A DNA stretch of 29,833 nt from Utricularia gibba (lineage: Eukaryota; Plantae; Magnoliophyta): NCBI GenBank assembly GCA_002189035.1, contig NEEC01000284.1:1-29833 (forward strand), written 5' to 3'. Position 1 is the stretch's first letter; each line of letters begins with the position of its first letter. Positions 12,420 through 25,000 of this stretch are shown in pieces. The notes beneath the pieces are model-generated. The model worked only from the letters and a program-made list of their open reading frames with translations, did not search any database and was not told the DNA's origin. A program made the position numbers and the translations under genes.

Positions 12420-13304
12420 TTGAGAAACCATGTAGGCAGCCAATTAAAACCCAACGTTAAGAAATGCATCAAGTTTTTTGCCGAGCTACAAATGACTATG
12501 GGCCCGAGCTCGACTCGACCTCCTTCTCGATACCGTTGCCCCACGAGAGCGCCTCCTCAGATATAAAGCATGCGGTTGAGAAAACCATTTTGGGTGCTCA
12601 TGACATCCTAACTTCAATAAGTGCATCACGATTTTCGTCGAGTAGGACCCGATGTGGCAAAGGAGTCAGACCGAACCTTGGGTCAGAACGAAGTTCACAA
12701 CGACATCACCGCCCAAAAACGACAAGCTTTTCCTTGAGAAACCATGTAGGCAGCCAATTAAAACCCAACGTTAAGAAATGCATCAAGTTTTTTGCCGAGC
12801 CACAAATGACTATGGGCCCGAGCTCGACTCGACCTCCTTCTCGATACCGTTGCCCCACGAGAGCGCCTCCTCAGATATAAAGCATGCGGTTGAGAAAACC
12901 ATTTTGGGTGCTCATGACATCCTAACTTCAATAAGTGCAGCACGATTTTCGTCGAGTAGGACCCGATGTGGCAAAGGAGTCAGACCGAACCTTGGGTCAG
13001 AACGAAGTTCACAACGACATCACCCGCCCAAAAACGACAAGCTTTTCCTTGAGAAACCATGTAGGCAGCCAATTAAAACCCAACGTTAAGAAATGCATCA
13101 AGTTTTTTGCCGAGCTACAAATGACTATGGGCCCGAGCTCGACTCGACCTCCTTCTCGATACCGTTGCCCCACGAGAGCGCCTCCTCAGATATAAAGCAT
13201 GCGGTTGAGAAAACCATTTTGGGTGCTCATGACATCCTAACTTCAATAAGTGCATCACGATTTTCGTCGAGTAGGACCCGATGTTCAAAGGAGTCAGACC
13301 GAAC

Positions 13305-13397
13305 GACCGAGAAACGTAGGCAGCCAAGGAGTCAGACCGAACCCGCTTGGGTCACGACGAAGCTTTTCCGACAAACCCGATGTAGGCAGCCAATTAA
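13305..13397 (+). other. Short scrambled segment made of monomer fragments
   Basis: gaccgagaaacgtaggcagccaaggagtcagaccgaacccgcttgggtcacgacgaagcttttccgacaaacccgatgtaggcagccaattaaacg consists of monomer pieces out of order. Normal register resumes at about 13398. Confidence 0.8.
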
Positions 13398-14100
13398 ACG
13401 ACAAGCTTTTCCTTGAGAAACCATGTAGGCAGCCAATTAAAACCCAACGTTAAAAATGCATCAAGTTTTTTGCCGAGCTACAAATGACTATGGGCCCGAG
13501 CTCGACTCGACCTCCTTCTCGATACCGTTGCCCCACGAGAGCGCCTCCTCAGATATAAAGCATGCGGTTGAGAAAACCATTTTGGGTGCTCATGACATCC
13601 TAACTTCAATAAGTGCATCACGATTTTCGTCGAGTAGGACCCGATGTGGCAAAGGAGTCAGACCGAACCTTGGGTCAGAACGAAGTTCACAACGACATCA
13701 CCCCCCAAAAAACGACAAGCTTTTCCTTGAGAAACCATGTAGGCAGCCAATTAAAACCCAACGTTAAGAAATGCATCAAGTTTTTTGCCGAGCTACAAAT
13801 GACTATGGGCCCGAGCTCGACTCGACCTCCTTCTCGATACCGTTGCCCCACGAGAGCGCCTCCTCAATATAAAGCATGCGGTTGAGAAAACCATTTTGGG
13901 TGCTCATGACATCCTAACTTCAATAAGTGCATCACGATTTTCGTCGAGTAGGACCCGATGTGGCAAAGGAACCTTGGGTCAGAACGAAGTTCACAACGAC
14001 ATCACCCGCCCAAAAACGACAAGCTTTTCCTTGAGAAACCATGTAGGCAGCCAATTAAAACCCAACGTTAAGAAATGCATCAAGTTTTTTGCCGAGCCAC

Positions 14101-16053
14101 GACATCAACGACCTATGGGCGCCGAGCAAGCTTTTCGACATGAGAAACCATGTGCCAGCCAATTAGAAACGCCTTAAAAATGCATCAAGTTAAAGCATTT
14201 GCGAGCTACAAATGACTATGGGCCCGAGCTCGACTCGACCTCCTTCTCGATACCGTTGCCCCACGAGAGCGCCTCCTCAGATATAAAGCATGCGGTTGAG
14301 AAAACCATTTTGGGTGCTTATGACATCCTAACTTCATAAGACATCGTCTAGGACTTCAATTGGGTCAGAACGAAGTTCACAACGACATCACCCGATTTCG
14401 TCGAGTAAGGCACCCGAGCTGTGGCAACTCGAAGTTGAGTCAGACATGCGGTTGAGAAAACCATTGGGTCATGACACGAAGATTTTCGTCGACAACAGAC
14501 CGATTGGTCAGAACGAAGTTCACAACGACATCACCCGCCCAAAAACGACAAGCTTTTCCTTGAGAAACCATGTAGGCAGCCAATTAAAACCCAACGTTAA
14601 GAAATGCATCAAGTTTTTTGCCGAGCTGACATGGGCCCGAGCTCGACTCGACCTATGGGAGAGCCCGAGCATCGGTTGACCATCTCATGACATCCTAACT
14701 TCAATAAGTGCATCACGATTTTCGTCGAGTAGGACCGTTGGCCCACGGGTCAGAACGCGACATCTCCTTGATGTAGGCAGCCAATTAAAACCCAACGTTA
14801 AGAAATGCATCAAGTTTTTTGCCGAGCCACAAATGACTATGGGCCCGAGCTCGACTCGAATACCATTCAGATTGCATGACCATCCATGACATCCTAACTT
14901 CAATAAGTGCATCACCCGATGTTTCAGTTCGACATCACCCGTTTTCCTTGAGGAGGCAGCCGTTAAGAAATGCATGGCCGAACAAATGGAGTCAGACAAC
15001 CGTTGGAGTCAGATACATGAAAAACCATTTTGGGTTCACATCCTACGTGCACATTTTCGTCCCCGCCCAAACAAGTTCGACATCACCCGCTTTTCCTTGA
15101 GAAACCATGTAGGCAGCCAATTAAAACCAACGTTAAGAAATGCATCAAGTTTTTTGCCGAGCCAGACTAAGCTCGCACCCTGTTTTTTGCCGATACCGTT
15201 GCCCCACGAGAGCGCCTAGAAAACCATTTTGGGTGCTCATGACATCCTAACTTCAATAAGTGCATCACGATTTTCGTCGAGTAGGACCGATGTGGAATTC
15301 ACAACGACATCACCCGCCCAAAAACGACAAGCTTTTCCTTGACATCAAGTTTTTTGCCGAGCCACAAATGATGGCATGCGGTTGAGAAAACCATTTTGCC
15401 CCCGATGTGGCAAAGGAGTCAGACCGAACCTCAGACTTTTCCTTGAGAAACCATGTAGGCAGAAAAACCAAGTTTTTTGCCTGCTCGAGTAGGACCCGAT
15501 GTGGCAAAGGAGTCAGACCGAACCTAGAACGAAGTTCACAACGACGTTAAAAATGCCAAATGACTATGGGCCGAGCTCGACTCGACCTCCTTCTCGATAC
15601 ACGAGGACCCGATGTGGAAAAAGGAGTCAGACCGAGCGACCTTCAAATCCTTCTCGATAAAGCATGCGGTTGAGAAAACCATTTTGGACATCCTAACTTC
15701 AATAAGTGCTCATTGGGTCAGAACGAAGTTCACAACGACATGCATCAAGTTTTTTGCCTTGCCCCACGAGAGCGCCTTCAGACTTCAATAAGAAGTTCAC
15801 AACGACATGAGAAACCATGTAGGCAGCCAATTAAAACCCAACGTTAAGAAATGCATTTTTTTGCCGAGCCAAATCGACCTCCTTCTCGATACCGTAGGAC
15901 CCGATTAAAACCCAACGTTAAGAAATGCATCAAGTTTTTTGCCGAGCAGACCGATGACATCCTAACTTCAATAAGTGCATCACGATTTCGTCGAGTAGGA
16001 CCCGACGAAGAACGAAGTTCACAACGACATCACCGCCCAAAAACGACAAGCTT
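14101..16053 (+). other. ~2 kb scrambled or truncated satellite block (mosaic of same-strand monomer fragments)
   Basis: Pieces of roughly 10-140 bp of the monomer are joined with skips and back-jumps. No unrelated sequence, terminal repeats or coding insert is recognisable. Confidence 0.85.
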
Positions 16054-19000
16054 CACAACGACATCACCGCCCAAAAACGACAAGCTTTTCCTTGAGAAAC
16101 CATGTAGGCAGCCATTAAAACCCAACGTTAAGAAATGCATCAAGTTTTTTGCCGAGCTACAAATGACTATGGGCCCGAGCTCGACTCGACCTCCTTCTCG
16201 ATACCGTTGCCCCACGAGAGCGCCTCCTCAGATATAAAGCATGCGGTTGAGAAAACCATTTTGGGTGCTTATGACATCCTAACTTCAATAAGTGCATCAC
16301 GATTTCGTCGAGTAGGACCCGATGTGGCAAAGGAGTCAGACCGAACCTTGGGTCAGAACGAAGTTCACAACGACATCACCGCCCAAAAACGACAAGCTTT
16401 TCCTTGAGAAACCATGTAGGCAGCCAATTAAAACCCAACGTTAAGAAATGCATCAAGTTTTTTGCCGAGCTACAATGACTATGGGCCCGAGCTCGACTCG
16501 ACCTCCTTCTCGATACCGTTGCCCACGAGAGCGCCTCCTCAGATATAAAGCATGCGTTGAGAAAACCATTTTGGGTGCTCATGACATCCTAACTTCAATA
16601 AGTGCATCACGATTTTCGTCGAGTAGGACCCGATGTGGCAAAGGAGTCAGACCGAACCTTGGGTCAGAACGAAGTTCACAACGACATCACCCGCCCAAAA
16701 ACGACAAGCTTTTCTTGAAAAACCATGTAGGCAGCCAATTAAAACCCAACGTTAAGAAATGCATCAAGTTTTTTGCGAGCTACAAATGACTATGGCCCGA
16801 GCTCGACTCGACCTCCTTCTCGATACCGTTGCCCCACGAGAGCGCCTCCTCAGATATAAAGCATGCGGTTGAGAAAACCATTTTGGGTGCTCATGACATC
16901 CTAACTTCAATAAGTGCATCGATTTCGTCGAGTAGGACCCGATGTGGAAAAAAGGAGTCAGACCGAACCTTGGGTCAGAACGAAGTTCACAACGACATCA
17001 CCCGCCCAAAACGACAAGCTTTTCCTTGAGAAACCATGTAGGCAGCCAATTAAAACCCAACGTTAAGAAATGCATCAAGTTTTTTGCCGAGCACAAATGA
17101 CTATGGGCCCGAGCTCGACTCGACCTGCTCGATACCGTTGCCCCACGAGAGCGCCTCAAATATAAAGCATGCGGTTGAGAAAACCATTTTGGGTGCTTGA
17201 CATCCTAACTTCAATAAGTGCATCACGATTTTCGTCGAGTAGGACCCGATGTGGCAAAGGAGTCAGACCGAACCTTGGGTCAGAACGAAGTTCACAACGA
17301 CATTTTTCCTTGAGAAACCATGTAGGCAGCCAATTAAAACCCAACGTTAAGCATCAAGTTTTTCGAGCAAATGACTATGGGCCCGAGCTCGACTCGACCT
17401 CCTTCTCGATACCGTTGCCCCACGAGAGCGCCTCCTCAATATAAAGCATGCGGTTGAGAAAACCATTTTGGGTGCTCATGACATCCTAACTTCAATAAGT
17501 GCATCACGATTTTCGTCGAGTAGGACCCGATGTGGCAAAGGAGTCACCGAACCTTGGGTCAGAACGAAGTTCACAACGACATCACCCGCCCAAAAACGAC
17601 AAGCTTTTCCTTGAAAAACCATGTAGGCAGCCAATTAAACCCAACGTTAAGAAATGCATCAAGTTTTTGCCGAGCTACAAATGACTATGGGCCCGAGCTC
17701 GACTCGACATACCGTTGCCCCACGAGAGCGCCTCCTCAGATATAAAGCATGCGGTTGAGAAAACCATTTTGGGTGCTTATGACATCCTAACTTCAATAAG
17801 TGCATCACGATTTGTCGAGTAGGACCCGATGTTCAGACCGAACCTTGGGTCAGAACGAAGTTCACAACGACATCACCCGCCCAAAAAACGACAAGCTTTT
17901 CCTTGAGAAACCATGTAGGCAGCCAATTAAAACCCAACGTTAAGAAATGCATCAAGTTTTTTGCCGAGCTACAAATGACTATGGGCCGAGCTCGACTCGA
18001 CCTCCTCTCGATACCGTTGCCCCACGAGAGCGCCTTGCATGCGGTTGAGAAAACCATTTTGGGTGCTCATGACATCCTAACTTCAATAAGTGCATCACGA
18101 TTTTCGTCGAGTAGGACCCGATGTGGAAAGGAGTCAGACCGAACCTTGGGTCAGAACGAAGTTCACAACGACATCACCCGCCAAAAACGACAAGCTTTTT
18201 CCTTGAGAAACCATGTAGGCAGCCAATTAAAACCCAACGTTAAGAAATGCATCAAGTTTTTTGCGAGCTACAAATGACTATGGGCCCGAGCTCGACTCGA
18301 CCTCCTTCTCGATACCGTTGCCCCACGAGAGCGCCTCCTCAATATAAAGCATGCGGTTGAGAAAACCATTTTGGGTGCTCATGACATCCTAACTTCAATA
18401 AGTGCCACGATTTTCGTCGAGTAGGACCCGATGTGGAAAAAGGAGTCAGACCGAACCTTGGGTCAGAACGAAGTCACAACGACATCACCCGCCAAAAACG
18501 ACAAGCTTTTCCTTGAGAAACCATGTAGGCAGCCAATTAAAACCCAACGTTAAGAAATGCATCAAGTTTTTTGCCGAGCTACAAATGACTATGGGCCCGA
18601 GCTCGACTCGACCTCCTTCTCGATACCGTTGCCCCACGAGAGCGCCTCCTCAGATATAAAGCATGCGTTGAGAAAACCATTTTGGTGCTCATGACATCCT
18701 AACTTCAATAAGTGCATCACGATTTTCGTCGAGTAGGACCCGATGTGGCAAAGGAGTCAGACCGAACCTTGGGTCAGAACGAAGTTCACAACGACATCAC
18801 CCGCCCAAAAACGACAAGCTTTTCCTTGAGAAACCATGTAGGCAGCCAATTAAACCAACGTTAAAAATGCATCAAGTTTTTTGCCGAGCTACAAATGACT
18901 ATGGGCCCGAGCTCGACTCGACCTTCTCGATACCGTTGCCCCACGAGAGCGCCTCCTCAAATATAAAGCATGCGGTTGAGAAAACCATTTTGGGTGCTCA

Positions 19001-22000
19001 TGACATCCTAACTTCAATAAGTGCATCACGATTTCGTCGAGTAGGACCGAAAAGGAGTCAGACCGAACCTTGGGTCAGAACGAAGTTCACAACGACATCA
19101 CCCGCCCAAAAACGACAAGCTTTTCCTTGAGAAACCATGTAGGCAGCCAATTAAAACCCAACGTTAACATCAAGTTTTTTGCCGAGCCACAAATGACTAT
19201 GGGCCCGAGCTCGACTCGACCTCCTTCTCGATACCGTTGCCCCACGAGAGCGCCTCCTCAGATATAAAGCATGCGGTTGAGAAAACCATTTTGGGTGCTT
19301 ATGACATCCTAACTTCAATAAGTGCATCACGATTTTCGTCGAGTAGGACCCGATGTGGCAAAGGAGTCAGACCGAACCTTGGGTCAGAACGAAGTTCACA
19401 ACGACATCACCCGCCAAAAACGACAAGCTTTTCCTTGAGAAACCATGTAGGCAGCCAATTAAAACCCAACGTTAAGAAATGCATCAAGTTTTTTGCCGAG
19501 CTACAAATGACTATGGCCCGAGCTCGACTCGACCCCTCTCGATACCGTTGCCCACGAGAGCGCCTCTCAAATATAAAGCATGCGGTTGAGAAAACCATTT
19601 TGGGTGCTCATGACATCCTAACTTCAATAAGTGCATCACGATTTTCGTCGAGTAGGACCCGATGTGGCAAAGGAGTCAGACCGAACCTTGGGTCAGAACG
19701 AAGTTCACAACGACATCACCCGCCCAAAAACGACAAGCTTTTCCTTGAGAAACCATTAGGCAGCCAATTAAAACCCAACGTTAAGAAATGCATCAAGTTT
19801 TTTGCACAAATGACTATGGGCCCGAGCTCGACTCGACCTGATACCGTTGCCCCACGAGAGCGCCTCCTCAATATAAAGCATGCGGTTGAGAAAACATTTT
19901 GGGTGCTCATGACATCCTAACTTCAATAAGTGCATCACGATTTTCGTCGAGCCCGATGTGGCAAAGGAGTCAGACCGAACCTTGGGTCAGAACGAAGTTC
20001 ACAACGACATCACCGCCCAAAAACGACAAGCTTTTCCTTGAGAAACCATTAGGCAGCCAATTAAAACCCAACGTTAAGAAATGCATCAAGTTTTTTGCCG
20101 AGCACAAATGACTATGGGCCCGAGCTCGACTCGACCTTCTCGATACCGTTGCCCCACGAGAGCGCCTTTCAAATATAAAGCATGCGGTTGAGAAAACCAT
20201 TTTGGGTGCTCATGACATCCTAACTTCAATAAGTGCATCACGATTTTCGTCGAGTAGGACCCGATGTGGCAAAGGAGTCAGACCGAACCTTGGGTCAGAA
20301 CGAAGTTCACAACGACATCACCCGCCCAAAAACGACAAGCTTTTCCTTGAAAAAACCATGTAGGCAGCCAATTAAAACCCAACGTTAAGAAATGCATCAA
20401 GTTTTTTGCCGAGCTACAAATGACTATGGGCCCGAGCTCGACTCGACCTCCTTCTCGATACCGTTGCCCCACGAGAGCGCCTCCTCAGATATAAAGCATG
20501 CGGTTGAGAAACCATTTTGGGTGCTTATGACATCCTAACTTCAATAAGTGCATCACGATTTCGTCGAGTAGGACCCGATGTGGAAAAAGGAGTCAGACCG
20601 AACCTTGGTCAGAACGAAGTTCACAACGACATCACCCGCCCAAAAACGACAAGCTTTTCCTTGAGAAACCATGTAGGCAGCCAATTAAAACCCAACGTTA
20701 AGAAATGCATCAAGTTTTTTGCCGAGCCACAAATGACTATGGGCCCGAGCTCGACTCGACCTTGCTCGATACCGTTGCCCACGAGAGCGCCTATCAAATA
20801 TAAAGCATGCGGTTGAGAAAACCATTTGGGTGCTCATGACATCCTAACTTCAATAAGTGCATCACGATTTCGTCGAGTAGGACCCGATGTGGCAAAGGAG
20901 TCAGACCGAACCTTGGGTCAGAACGAAGTTCACAACGACATCACCCGCCCAAAAACGACAAGCTTTTCCTTGAGAAACCATGTAGGCAGCCAATTAAAAC
21001 CCAACGTTAAGAAATGCATCAAGTTTTTTGCCGAGCTACAAATGACTATGGGCCGAGCTCGACTCGACCCTTCTCGATACCGTTGCCCACGAGAGCGCCT
21101 CCTCAGATATAAAGCATGCGGTTGAGAAAACCATTTTGGTGCTTATGACATCCTAACTTCAATAAGTGCATCACGATTTTCGTCGTAGGACCCGATGTGG
21201 CAAAGGAGTCAGACCGAACCTTGGGTCAGAACGAAGTTCACAACGACATCACCCGCCCAAAAACGACAAGCTTTTCCTTGACCATGTAGGCAGCCAATTA
21301 AAACCAACGTTAAGAAATGCATCAAGTTTTTTGCGAGCTACAAATGACTATGGGCCCGAGCTCGACTCGACCTCCTTTCGATACCGTTGCCCCACGAGAG
21401 CGCCTCCTCAGATATAAAGCATGCGGTTGAGAAAACCATTTTGGGTGCTTTGACATCCTAACTTCAATAAGTGCATCACGATTTCGTCGAGTAGGACCCG
21501 ATGTGGCAAAAGGAGTCAGACCGAACCTTGGGTCAGAACGAAGTTCACAACGAATCACCCGCCCAAAAACGACAAGCTTTTCCTTGAGAAACCATGTAGG
21601 CAGCCAATTAAAACCCAACGTTAAGAAATGCATCAAGTTTTTTGCCGAGCCACAAATGACTATGGGCCCGAGCTCGACTCGACCCCTGCTCGATACCGTT
21701 GCCCCACGAGAGCGCCTTATCAAATATAAAGCATGCGGTTGAGAAAACCATTTTGGTATGACATCCTAACTTCAATAGTGCATCACGATTTTCGTCGAGT
21801 AGGACCCGATGTGGCAAAGGAGTCAGACCGAACCTTGGGTCAGAACGAAGTTCGACATCACCCGCCCAAAAACGACAAGCTTTTCCTTGAGAAACCATGT
21901 AGGCAGCCAATTAAAACCCAACGTTAAGAAATGCATCAAGTTTTTTGCCGAGCTACAAATGACTATGGGCCGAGCTCGACTCGACCTCCTTCTCGATACC

Positions 22001-25000
22001 GTTGCCCCACGAGAGCGCTTCAGATATAAAGCATGCGGTTGAGAAAAACCATTTTGGGTGCTCATGACATCCTAACTTCAATAAGTGCAGTCGAGTAGGA
22101 CCCGATGTGGCAGGAGTCAGACCGAACCTTGGGTCAAACGAAGTTCACAACGACATCACCCGCCCAAAAACGACAAGCTTTTCCTTGAGAAACCATGTAG
22201 GCAGCCAATTAAAACCCAACGTTAAGAAATGCATCAAGTTTTTTGCCGAGCCACAAATGACTATGGGCCCGAGCTCGACTCGACCTCCTTCGATACCGTT
22301 GCCCACGAGAGCGCCTCAAATATAAAGCATGCGGTTGAGAAAACCATTTTGGGTGCTCATGACATCCTAACTTCAATAAGTGCATCACGATTTTCGTCGA
22401 GTAGGACCCGATGTGGCAAAGGAGTCAGACCGAACCTTGGGTCAGAACGAAGTTCACAACGACATCACCCGCCAAAAACAAGCTTTTCCTTGAGAAACCA
22501 TGTAGGCAGCCAATTAAAACCCAACGTTAAGAAATGCATCAAGTTTTTTGCGAGCTACAAATGACTATGGGCCCGAGCTCGACTCGACCTCCTTCTCGAT
22601 ACCGTTGCCCCACGAGAGCGCCTCCTCAGATATAAAGCATGCGGTTGAGAAAACCATTTTGGGTGCTCATGACATCCTAACTTCAATAAGTGCATCACGA
22701 TTTTCGTCGAGTAGGACCCGATGTGGAAAAGGAGTCAGACCGAACCTTGGGTCAGAACGAAGTTCACAACGACATCACCCGCCAAAAACGACAAGCTTTT
22801 CCTTGAGAAACCATGTAGGCAGCCAATTAAAACCCAACGTTAAGAAATGCATCAAGTTTTTTGCCGAGCCACAAATGACTATGGGCCCGAGCTCGACTCG
22901 ACCTCCTGCTCGATACCGTTGCCCCACGAGAGCGCCTCCTCAATATAAAGCATGCGGTTGAGAAAACCATTTTGGTGCTCATGACATCCTAACTTCAATA
23001 AGTGCATCACGATTTTCGTCGAGTAGGACCCGATGTGGCAAAGGAGTCAGACCGAACCTTGGGTCAGAACGAAGTTCACAACGACAACACGCCAAAAACG
23101 ACAAGCTTTTCCTTGAGAAACCATGTAGGCAGCCAATTAAACCCAACGTTAAGAAATGCATCAAGTTTTTTGCCGAGCTACAAATGACTATGGGCCCGAG
23201 CTCGACTCGACCTCCTTCTCGATACCGTTGCCCCACGAGAGCGCCTCCTCAAATATAAAGCATGCGGTTGAGAAAACCATTTTGGGTGCTCATGACATCC
23301 TAACTTCAATAAGTGCATCACGATTTTCGTCGAGTAGGACCCGATGTGGCAAAGGAGTCAGACCGAACCTTGGGTCAGAACGAAGTTCACAACGACATCA
23401 CCCGCCCAAAAACGACAAGCTTTTCCTTGAGAAAACCATGTAGGCAGCCAATTAAAACCCAACGTTAAGAAATGCATCAAGTTTTTTGCCGAGCTACAAA
23501 TGACTATGGCCCGAGCTCGACTCGACCTCCTTCTCGATACCGTTGCCCCACGAGAGCGCCTCCTCAATATAAAGCATGCGGTTGAGAAAACCATTTTGGG
23601 TGCTCATGACATCCTAACTTCAATAAGTGCATCACGATTTTCGTCGAGTAGGACCCGATGTGGCAAAAGGAGTCAGACCGAACCTTGGGTCAGAACGAAG
23701 TTCACAACGACATCACCCGCCCAAAAACGACAAGCTTTTCCTTGAGAAACCATGTAGGCAGCCAATTAAAACCCAACGTTAAGAAATGCATCAAGTTTTT
23801 TGCCGAGCTACAAATGACTATGGGCCGAGCTCGACTCGACCTCCTTCTCGATACCGTTGCCCACGAGAGCGCCTCCTCAGATATAAAGCATGCGGTTGAG
23901 AAAACCATTTTGGGTGCTATGACATCCTAACTTCAATAAGTGCATCACGATTTTCGTCGAGTAGGACCCGATGTGGCAAAGGAGTCAGACCGAACCTTGG
24001 GTCAGAACGAAGTTCACAACGACATCACCCGCCCAAAAACGACAAGCTTTTCCTTGAGAAACCATGTAGGCAGCCAATTAAAACCCAACGTTAAGAAATG
24101 CATCAAGTTTTTTGCCGAGCTACAAATGACTATGGGCCCGAGCTCGACTCGACCCCTGCTCGATACCGTTGCCCCACGAGAGCGCCTCCTCAAATATAAA
24201 GCATGCGGTTGAGAAAACCATTTTGGGTGCTCATGACATCCTAACTTCAATAAGTGCATCACGATTTTCGTCGAGTAGGACCCGATGTGGAAAAAGGAGT
24301 CAGACCGAACCTTGGGTCAGAACGAAGTTCACAACGACATCACCCGCCCAAAAACGACAAGCTTTTCCTTGAGAAACCATGTAGGCAGCCAATTAAAACC
24401 CAACGTTAAGAAATGCATCAAGTTTTTTGCCGAGCCACAAATGACTATGGCCCGAGCTCGACTCGACCACCTGCTCGATACCGTTGCCCACGAGAGCGCC
24501 TTATCAATATAAAGCATGCGGTTGAGAAAACCATTTTGGGTGCTCATGACATCCTAACTTCAATAAGTGCATCACGATTTCGTCGAGTAGGACCCGATGT
24601 GGCAAAAGGAGTCAGACCGAACCTTGGGTCAGAACGAAGTTCACAACGACATCACCCGCCCAAAAACGACAAGCTTTTCCTTGAGAAACCATGTAGGCAG
24701 CCAATTAAAACCCAACGTTAAGAAATGCATCAAGTTTTTTGCCGAGCCACAAATGACTATGGGCCCGAGCTCGACTCGACCTCCTTCTCGATACCGTTGC
24801 CCCACGAGAGCGCCTCCTCAAATATAAAGCATGCGTTGAGAAAACCATTTTGGGTGCTCATGACATCCTAACTTCAATAAGTGCAGATTTTCGTCGAGTA
24901 GGACCCGATGTGGCAAAGGAGTCAGACCGAACCTTGGGTCAGAACGAAGTCACAACGACATCACCCGCCCAAAAACGACAAGCTTTTCCTTGAGAAACCA

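Larger units (their letters stand above)
1..13304 (+). repeat. Array domain 1: highly homogeneous monomers, mixed 315/305-bp forms, gtgcaGcacg allele common
   Basis: About 43 consecutive intact monomers with mostly single-base indels. 14 of the first 32 are short. 23 of the first 32 carry G at gtgca[G/T]cacg. Confidence 0.85.

Noticed and set aside
14101-16053. Transposon or other foreign insertion in the array
   Set aside because: Nearly every stretch traces to the monomer. I found no LTRs, terminal inverted repeats, target-site duplication or transposase/RT-like coding sequence.
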